From the NCBI GenBank assembly GCA_903909555.1, contig CAIVWG010000083.1, positions 900-64,899 of the forward strand: a stretch of 64,000 bases of DNA, written 5' to 3'. Origin of the DNA: an uncultured bacterium (GTDB taxonomy: Bacteria; Actinomycetota; Actinomycetes; S36-B12). Under the pieces are notes generated by a model that saw only the letters and a list, made by a program, of their open reading frames with translations, did not search any database and had not been told where the DNA came from. Both the position numbers and the translations under genes were made by a program. Of the stretch, positions 9,518 to 16,043 are shown in pieces (within the stretch, counting starts at the first letter, position 1; each line of letters opens with the position of its first letter).

Positions 9518-9575
9518 GTGGCGGGTGGTGTCGGCGACACGCCGGGCGCGCGCGCGACACCACCCGCCACTCAAC
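9513..9575 (+). terminator. Perfect 21-bp inverted repeat (I-shaped terminator candidate) at the ltaE stop
   Basis: GTTGAGTGGCGGGTGGTGTCG (9513-9533) and its exact reverse complement CGACACCACCCGCCACTCAAC (9555-9575) are separated by a 21-nt GC loop. The left arm contains the ltaE TGA. No U-tract follows. Confidence 0.6.
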
Positions 9576-9615
9576 GACAGTGAATCGGCCCAGGCGTCCC
9601 TTCGGCCGCACTAGT

Positions 9616-9657
9616 CTCCCTGGTACGCCGTCCAGATCGGCGCACCGTGCCAGGGAG
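9616..9657 (+). promoter_or_regulatory. SD-sequestering nested hairpin in the potA leader
   Basis: CTCCCTGG (9616-9623) pairs perfectly with CCAGGGAG (9650-9657), which contains the potA Shine-Dalgarno GGGAGG (9653-9658). An inner stem CGCCG/CGGCG spans 9626-9630 and 9638-9642. The GTG start is at 9663. Confidence 0.35.
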
Positions 9658-9662
9658 GTGTC

Positions 9663-10733
9663 GTGTCCGCGGAGTCGGCGCTGAGCATCCGGGAGGTCAC
9701 GAAGACCTTCCCGACGCCGGAGGGAGGGGAGGTGCGCGCCCTCGACTCGGTGAGCCTCGAGGTCGCCGACGGATCCTTCACCGTCTTGCTGGGCCCTTCC
9801 GGATGCGGCAAGACCACGCTGCTGCGGTGCATCGCCGGGCTGGAGTCCCCCGACAGCGGCGAGATCGACCTCAAGGGGCAGCGCATCGACGACGTGCCGG
9901 TCTGGAAGCGACGGGTCAACACGGTCTTCCAGTCCTACGCGCTCTTCCCTCACATGACCGTCGCGCAGAACATTGCCTTCGGCCTGGAGATGGACAAGTT
10001 GCCCAAGGCCCAGATCCAGCAGAAGGTCGGCGCCGCCTTGGAGATGGTCCGGCTCTCGGACCTCGGGGCCCGTCGTCCCAGCCAGCTGTCCGGCGGCCAG
10101 CAGCAGCGCGTGGCCCTGGCCCGTGCCCTCGCGAAGGAGCCGGAGGTGCTGCTGCTCGATGAGCCGCTGTCGGCCCTGGACCTCAAGCTCCGCCGCGGCA
10201 TGCAGATGGAACTCAAGCGATTGCAGCGTGAGACCTCCATCACCTTCGTCCTCGTGACGCACGACCAGGACGAGGCGATGTCGATGGGCGATCTGGTGGC
10301 CGTGTTCGACAGCGGGCGCATCGTCCAGGTAGGTCCCCCGCGCGAGGTCTACCTGTCGCCTCGCACACGATTCGTGGCCGACTTCATCGGCGAGGCGAAC
10401 CTCCTCGAAGGTGCGGCGGCCGGGGGCCGTATCGACATTCCCGGCTTCGGGGATGTGGCCGACGAGGCCATGTCGGCAGGCTCCGCACCGCCTCAGGACG
10501 GCCCGGTCATCGTGGCGGTGAGGCCCGAGAACGTCGTGCTCCGCCCCGACCCCACGGGCAACGGCACGATTGTCGACGCGACCTTCATCGGGGGCGACCT
10601 CCACGTCGAGGTGGCGGTCGGTGACACTCTCCTGTCCGTCCGCCAGGGGGGTCCGGGGTCCGAAGCCCTCGCCGTGGGCGCCCTCGTCAGGGTCGGGTTC
10701 GCGCCCGGCTCGGCACGGATCGTGGAGCCCTAG
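9663..10733 (+). CDS. potA: ABC transporter ATP-binding protein, spermidine/putrescine (PotA) type
   Basis: 356 aa. Walker A GPSGCGKTT, Q-loop, signature LSGGQQQRVALARAL, Walker B LLLDEPLSALD and a C-terminal regulatory (TOBE-like) domain. Confidence 0.85.
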   Translation: MSAESALSIREVTKTFPTPEGGEVRALDSVSLEVADGSFTVLLGPSGCGKTTLLRCIAGLESPDSGEIDLKGQRIDDVPVWKRRVNTVFQSYALFPHMTVAQNIAFGLEMDKLPKAQIQQKVGAALEMVRLSDLGARRPSQLSGGQQQRVALARALAKEPEVLLLDEPLSALDLKLRRGMQMELKRLQRETSITFVLVTHDQDEAMSMGDLVAVFDSGRIVQVGPPREVYLSPRTRFVADFIGEANLLEGAAAGGRIDIPGFGDVADEAMSAGSAPPQDGPVIVAVRPENVVLRPDPTGNGTIVDATFIGGDLHVEVAVGDTLLSVRQGGPGSEALAVGALVRVGFAPGSARIVEP

Positions 10734-11680
10734 TGAGCACCACGGAGGCGCCACGCCGGCGCCGCCGCGGGGGCCGAGCCGGTCAGGGGTCCTGGTGGGC
10801 GGGGGCGCCGGGACTGGTCTTCCTCATCGCCCTGGTCCTCGCGCCCCTGGTCATCATCGTCATCTACTCGTTCCTCAACCGCGCGAAGCTGGGCGTGGGC
10901 GTCAAGTGGACGTTCACGGTCCAGCCCTACGTCGAGCTCTTCTACTCGGAGTCCCTGTCGGGAGAAAAGTCCTTCGACCCGGTGTACCTGCAGATCCTGC
11001 TGAACTCCGCGCTGTACTCCCTCGTGACCGCGCTGGTGTGCCTGGCCCTGTCCGTGCCCATCGCCATCTGGATCGCCACGCGTCCGGCGCGCTGGCGCAC
11101 CGCCCTCGTCTTCCTGGTCACGATCCCCTTCTGGACGAGCCTCCTGATCCGGACCTACGCCTGGGTGATCATCCTCAACGACAACGGCCCCATCAATGGC
11201 GCGCTCACGGGCGTGGGGCTGCTCCAGCAGCCGATTCCCATGCTCTACACGCCGTTCGCGACGACGGTCGGATTGGTCTACTCCTTCCTGCCGTTCATGA
11301 TCCTGCCCATCTATGCCAGCGCCGAGCGATTCGACTTCCGTCTCGCCGAGGCGGCCTACGACCTGGGCGCCACGAGGTTGACCGTGCTGTGGCGCATCGT
11401 GATGCCGGCGATCCGGCCCGGAGTGATCGCCGGGCTGATCCTGGTGTTCATTCCTGCCCTCGGGTCCTACCTGGCTCCCGAACTCCTGGGCGGCGGGAAG
11501 ACCTCGATGATCGCCAACGTGATCGCCGCGCAGTTCGGCGCATCCCGGAACTGGCCCCTGGGCGCAGCCCTGTCCGTCATGGTGCTCGTGATCACCATGC
11601 TCGTTCTCGTCGCGTTCGCGGTCGTCACGAGGCGTTCCAGTCGTGACGGGAACCGCCAGCAGCTGGAGTCCTTCCTGTGA
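10733..11680 (+). CDS. potB: ABC transporter permease (PotB-like)
   Basis: 315 aa, 6 TM, EAA loop RLAEAAYDLGATRLTVLWRIVMPAIRPG. The start overlaps the potA stop by 1 nt. Confidence 0.8.
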   Translation: MSTTEAPRRRRRGGRAGQGSWWAGAPGLVFLIALVLAPLVIIVIYSFLNRAKLGVGVKWTFTVQPYVELFYSESLSGEKSFDPVYLQILLNSALYSLVTALVCLALSVPIAIWIATRPARWRTALVFLVTIPFWTSLLIRTYAWVIILNDNGPINGALTGVGLLQQPIPMLYTPFATTVGLVYSFLPFMILPIYASAERFDFRLAEAAYDLGATRLTVLWRIVMPAIRPGVIAGLILVFIPALGSYLAPELLGGGKTSMIANVIAAQFGASRNWPLGAALSVMVLVITMLVLVAFAVVTRRSSRDGNRQQLESFL

Positions 11681-12477
11681 GCCGGGCACGCGGGACGGGG
11701 GAGTCGCTCAAGAACTTCCCGCTCTTCGGCCTGGTCTCGGCCCTCGTCTTCGCCTTCCTGTACGTCCCGCTCGTCTTCGTCGTGGGGTATTCCTTCAACT
11801 CCAATCGCGTGGTCACGATCTGGAAGGGCTTCAGCCTCGACTGGTATGTCGATGTCCTCACCAACGACGACATCCAGCGCGCCCTGATGAACTCGCTACG
11901 GGTTGCCGTCGTGGCCACGATCCTGTCGGTCGTCCTGGCGACGGGCCTCGCGATCGGCCTGCTGCGGATGGCGCGCTCGGGGCGCACGTTCGCGTGGAGC
12001 CTCATCATGGCGCCCCTCATCATCCCCGAGATCGTGTTCGCCATCGGGACCCTGGCGCTGTTCGTCCAGGTGCGCTTCCCGCTCGGCGTCGAGGCCATCA
12101 CGCTGGCGCACACTGCGTTCTGCATCCCCTTCGCCCTGCTGCCGATCCGGGCCCGCCTCCGCGGGGTCGACCTCGCGGTCTACGAGGCGGCGGCGGACCT
12201 GGGCGCCCACGAGTGGACGATCTTCCGGCGGATCACGCTGCCCCTGCTGATGCCGGGCATCGTCGCGGGTGCCCTCCTGGCGTTCATCATCAGCCTCGAC
12301 GACTTCCTGGTGTCGTACTTCCTCGCCGGGGCGGGGGGCACGACGCTGCCGGTCTACATCTTCGGCATGATTCGCAATGCGATAACCCCGGGAGTCAATG
12401 CCCTGTCGACGCTGCTTCTCCTCGCCAGCGTCATCATCGTGACCCTGTCCTACATCATCACCCGGAGAAAGAGGTAG
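11677..12477 (+). CDS. potC: ABC transporter permease (PotC-like)
   Basis: 266 aa, 6 TM, EAA loop VYEAAADLGAHEWTIFRRITLPLLMPG. GTGA overlap with potB. Confidence 0.8.
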   Translation: MSRARGTGESLKNFPLFGLVSALVFAFLYVPLVFVVGYSFNSNRVVTIWKGFSLDWYVDVLTNDDIQRALMNSLRVAVVATILSVVLATGLAIGLLRMARSGRTFAWSLIMAPLIIPEIVFAIGTLALFVQVRFPLGVEAITLAHTAFCIPFALLPIRARLRGVDLAVYEAAADLGAHEWTIFRRITLPLLMPGIVAGALLAFIISLDDFLVSYFLAGAGGTTLPVYIFGMIRNAITPGVNALSTLLLLASVIIVTLSYIITRRKR

Positions 12478-12479
12478 TT

Positions 12480-13652
12480 ATGGCACGGTGGAAGAACGGC
12501 CGCATGCCCAGGCTCGCGCTGGTCATCGGCTTCACGAGCATGATGGCCCTGGCGGCCTGCGGTGGCGAGACCACCATGGGGGGCGGGGCCAGCAGCGAGG
12601 CTCCCGCCTCCTCCGCAGAGGCCCCCGCTGCGTCGGAGAGCGCCGAGGCGCCGGCCCCGGCGGCCGACTTCCCCACCCCCAACGGGGGAGAGCTCAACCT
12701 CTACAACTGGACTGACTACATCTCGCCTGAACTGATCGAGCGGTTCGAGTCGGAGACGGGCATCACGGTCAACCTCGACAACTATGACTCGAACGAGACC
12801 CTGCTCGCGAAGCTCCAGGCGGGCGGCGCCAATTACGACGTCATCGTCCCCAGTGACTACATGGTCGCCCAGATGATCGAACTCGGGCTCCTCCAGGAGG
12901 TCGACCCCGCGTCGTTCCCGAACGGGCAGTACATCAAGCCGGAGTTCCTCGACGTCTACTTTGACGACGGACGGAAGTACACCGCGCCCTACATGTACGG
13001 CACCACGGGCATCGCCTACGACCCCACCAAGACCGGGGGCGAGGTCACGTCCTGGGCTGAGTTCTTCGACCCGGCGAGCCCCGCGGCAGGCAAGATCGGG
13101 ACGCTGAACGACCAGGTCGAGGTCATCCATGCCGCCCTGCGTGCGGTGGGCTCGCAGCCGTGCTCCCCCAACAAGGAGGACTACGTCAAGGTGGAGGAGC
13201 TGCTCAAGAACTGGAAGCCGGGTGTCGCCGTCATCAACTCCGACGGCGTCATCGGCCGCATGGCCTCAGGCGAGCAGATCATGCACATGATGTGGAACGG
13301 TGCCTTCACCCGGGCCCAGGCCGACAATCCCAATCTGGAGTACGTGTACCCGGCCGAGGGCATCAATCTGTGGCAGGACAACTTCGCGGTCCCCAACGGA
13401 GCCCAGAACGTCGACAATGCCAAGATCTTCATCAACTGGATGATGGATCCCAAGAACATCGGCGAGGCGACGAACTTCGTGGGGTACGACAACGGGATCA
13501 CCGGGTCGGCCGAGTTCATGACACCCGAGCTGGGTGCCAACCCGGCGGTCGTCATCCCGGAGGAGTTCAAGGCCCTGGCGCAGCCGACCCCCGGCTGCCC
13601 GGTCGAGGTCATCGACCTCTACGACCAGGTCTGGACGAACTTCAAGAAGTAG
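12480..13652 (+). CDS. potD: Polyamine-type ABC substrate-binding lipoprotein (PotD/PotF family)
   Basis: In-frame ATG at 12480 within track ORF 11643-13652. Signal peptide with lipobox MALAAC. The sequence LNLYNWTDYISPELIERFE..TGI...YDSNE.LLAKL..GG.NYDVIVPSDYM is typical of PotD/PotF binding proteins. Confidence 0.8.
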   Translation: MARWKNGRMPRLALVIGFTSMMALAACGGETTMGGGASSEAPASSAEAPAASESAEAPAPAADFPTPNGGELNLYNWTDYISPELIERFESETGITVNLDNYDSNETLLAKLQAGGANYDVIVPSDYMVAQMIELGLLQEVDPASFPNGQYIKPEFLDVYFDDGRKYTAPYMYGTTGIAYDPTKTGGEVTSWAEFFDPASPAAGKIGTLNDQVEVIHAALRAVGSQPCSPNKEDYVKVEELLKNWKPGVAVINSDGVIGRMASGEQIMHMMWNGAFTRAQADNPNLEYVYPAEGINLWQDNFAVPNGAQNVDNAKIFINWMMDPKNIGEATNFVGYDNGITGSAEFMTPELGANPAVVIPEEFKALAQPTPGCPVEVIDLYDQVWTNFKK

Positions 13653-13658
13653 GGCAGG

Positions 13659-13694
13659 GAAGGGGGGCCGGCCTCGCCGGGCCGGCCCCCCTTC
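13659..13694 (+). terminator. 15-bp GC hairpin between potD and the amidohydrolase gene
   Basis: GAAGGGGGGCCGGCC (13659-13673), loop TCGCCG, GGCCGGCCCCCCTTC (13680-13694). No U-tract. It ends 17 nt before the next ATG and just before its RBS GAGGAGGA (13701-13708). Confidence 0.5.
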
Positions 13695-13711
13695 ACCCAC
13701 GAGGAGGACCC

Positions 13712-15322
13712 ATGGCGACCACCCGCATCGAGAACGCGACGGTGTGGACCGGGCATCGGCTGCCCTCGGGCGAGGTCTTCACCACGGATGCCGTCCTCAT
13801 CCGCGATGACCGGATCACGGCTCTCGGCCAGACCGCGCGCGCGGCCGACGCCGACCAGGTGATCGACGCTGGCGGCGGCTTCGTCCTCGCCGCGTTCGCC
13901 GACGGCCACGTGCACCCGATCTTCGGAGGGCTCGAGCAGCAGTTCGCCCCCGTGCGGGACATGTCCGACCCCCGGGAGGTCGCGGCCTCCGTGGGCGCGT
14001 GGGCGCGTGCGCACCCGGAGTCGGAGTGGGTCCGGGGTGAGGGCTTCGATCACACCCTGGCGCCCGAGGGCATCTTCCTGGCCGAGTGGCTCGATGCCGA
14101 GGTACCCGATCGTCCCGTGGTCCTGAGGGCCACCGACTACCACACGGTGTGGGTCAACTCGGAGGCGCTGCGACGTGCCGGCTACGGCGTCGGCGTGGCT
14201 CAGCCGCACGATGGCGAGATCGTCCTCGACACCGAGGGCAGGCCGACCGGCACGCTTCGCGAGTGGGGCGCCTGGCGACCGGTCTACCGCCTCCTCCCGG
14301 CCCCTCCCGAATCCACGCTCATGGACGCCGTGACCTTCGCGTCGCGCTCCTTCGCTTCCGCGGGCATCTCCTGGATCCAGGATGCCTGGGTCGAGCCGGG
14401 CGATGTGGGCACCTGGCTCACTGCAGAGCGGAAGGGCGTCCTCGACCAGCAGGTGGATCTCGCCCTGTGGGCCGATCCCAACTCCTGGCGCGACCAGCTG
14501 GCGGGCTTCGAGGAGTCCCGGTCCCGTGTCACCGCCGAAGGCGCAGGCCAGGTGACCGCGCACACCGTTAAGTTCTTCGCCGACGGCGTTGTCGAGTCCG
14601 GCACCAGCGCCATGCTGGAGCCTTTCTGCGACTGCCCGCACTCCCAGGGCCTGCCCAATTGGGATCCCGACGAGATGAAGCTCGCGGTGGCGGCCATCGA
14701 CGCCCTCGGATTCACCGCGCACATGCACGCCATCGGCGACTTCGGGGTGCGCATGTCCCTGGATGCCGTGGAGTACACCGCTCGTGTGAATCCTCCACGG
14801 GACCGCCGATGGGTCATCGTGCACACGCAACTGGTCGACCCTGCCGACCTCGGTCGCTTCGCCGAGTTGGGCGTGGTCGCGAACTTCGAGCCCTTCTGGT
14901 CGAAATTCGACGCGTGGCAGACGGAGCTCACCGAACCTCGCCTCGGCCCCGAGCGCACGCACCGGCAGTTCCAGACCGCCACGCTGGCCGATCGCGGTGC
15001 CATCATCTCCTTCGGCAGTGACTGGCCGGTGACGACGTACGCGCCCCTCGAGGGGATCCAGGTCGCCGTCACGCGCCAGATGACGGCCGAGGGGCCACCG
15101 TGGATGCCGGAGGAGCGCGTGAGCGTCGACGCGGCCCTGGCGGCCTACACGAGCGGCGTCGCCTTCCAGGCGGGTCGATCGGACGCCGGATACGTGCGGC
15201 CCGGGGCCATCGCCGACCTCGCCTGGATCGCGCAGGACCCGCGGGCGGTCGATCCCATGACCATCGGGGCGATCCCCGTGCTGGGCACGTGGTACCGGGG
15301 ACGCCGGACGTTCACCGGATGA
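13712..15322 (+). CDS. Metal-dependent amidohydrolase, YtcJ/Amidohydro_3 type
   Basis: In-frame ATG at 13712 with RBS GAGGAGGA. 536 aa. Metal-centre motifs are DGHVHP (HxH), VKFFADG (candidate bridging Lys), HMHAIGD, VHTQ and FGSDWPV. Confidence 0.8.
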   Translation: MATTRIENATVWTGHRLPSGEVFTTDAVLIRDDRITALGQTARAADADQVIDAGGGFVLAAFADGHVHPIFGGLEQQFAPVRDMSDPREVAASVGAWARAHPESEWVRGEGFDHTLAPEGIFLAEWLDAEVPDRPVVLRATDYHTVWVNSEALRRAGYGVGVAQPHDGEIVLDTEGRPTGTLREWGAWRPVYRLLPAPPESTLMDAVTFASRSFASAGISWIQDAWVEPGDVGTWLTAERKGVLDQQVDLALWADPNSWRDQLAGFEESRSRVTAEGAGQVTAHTVKFFADGVVESGTSAMLEPFCDCPHSQGLPNWDPDEMKLAVAAIDALGFTAHMHAIGDFGVRMSLDAVEYTARVNPPRDRRWVIVHTQLVDPADLGRFAELGVVANFEPFWSKFDAWQTELTEPRLGPERTHRQFQTATLADRGAIISFGSDWPVTTYAPLEGIQVAVTRQMTAEGPPWMPEERVSVDAALAAYTSGVAFQAGRSDAGYVRPGAIADLAWIAQDPRAVDPMTIGAIPVLGTWYRGRRTFTG

Positions 15323-15323
15323 C

Positions 15324-16043
15324 ATGGCGCTGACCCCGGGAGAGGCCGACCGGCTCCTGCTGTTCACGCAGGCGGAGCTGGCACGTGCCCGCCGGGGACG
15401 CGGACTGCTCCTCAACGTCCCGGAAGCGACCGCCCTCATCGCCGACGCGGTCTGCGAATGGGCACGGGACGGCCTCACACTCGAGGAGGCACGCGATCGC
15501 GCGAGCGCACTCCTCACGGTCGACGACGTCCTCCCGGGGGTCCCGGAGATCCTCTCGGACGTGCGGGTCGAAGCGCGGTTCGACGATGGCACCCGGCTCG
15601 TCGTGGTCCACGACCCGTTCGGCGCCTGCCCCCCGGCGCGGCGGGCCGAGCACGTGGCGACGGGCGTCCCGCTCACGCTCCGCAACGACGCCGTGACGGC
15701 CATCGGCGTGACCTCCCACATCCACCTCGCCGAGGTGAACCCGCGCTTGCGCCTGGATCGCGGAGCGGCGTTCGGCATGCGGCTGGACGCCCCTGCCGGC
15801 TCGACGCTGTGGATCGGTCCCGGGGAGACGGCCGAGGTGCACATGCTCCCCATCGGCGGCACGCGCGTGGTCGAGGGGAACTCCGGGGTGGTGGATGGCC
15901 CCCTCGATGACCCGTCCGTGCGCGAGCGCGCGCTCGCGATGCTGCGCGCCTGCGGGTATCTCGATGTCGTCGAGGGCCAGGAGGTCAACACTCCCGTCGA
16001 TGCCGAGTCCGCCGTGGCGCGCCTCATGGAGGGTCGCGCGTGA
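15324..16043 (+). CDS. ureAB: Urease gamma-beta fusion subunit
   Basis: 239 aa. The N-terminal part MALTPGEADRLLLFTQAELARARRGRGLLLNVPEATALI...VEARFDDGTRLVVVHDP matches UreA. The following part TSHIHLAEVNPRLRLDR..AFGMRLDAPAGSTLWIGPGETAEVHMLPIGG.R matches UreB. The ATG lies 1 nt after the amidohydrolase stop. Confidence 0.85.
   Translation: MALTPGEADRLLLFTQAELARARRGRGLLLNVPEATALIADAVCEWARDGLTLEEARDRASALLTVDDVLPGVPEILSDVRVEARFDDGTRLVVVHDPFGACPPARRAEHVATGVPLTLRNDAVTAIGVTSHIHLAEVNPRLRLDRGAAFGMRLDAPAGSTLWIGPGETAEVHMLPIGGTRVVEGNSGVVDGPLDDPSVRERALAMLRACGYLDVVEGQEVNTPVDAESAVARLMEGRA

Noticed and set aside
9576-9662. Guanidine (ykkC-III or mini-ykkC) or other known riboswitch in the potA leader
   Set aside because: The leader lacks the paired ACGR-loop hairpins of mini-ykkC, and I could not match it to the ykkC-III pseudoknot consensus as I remember it. 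Only the generic anti-SD hairpin is reported.
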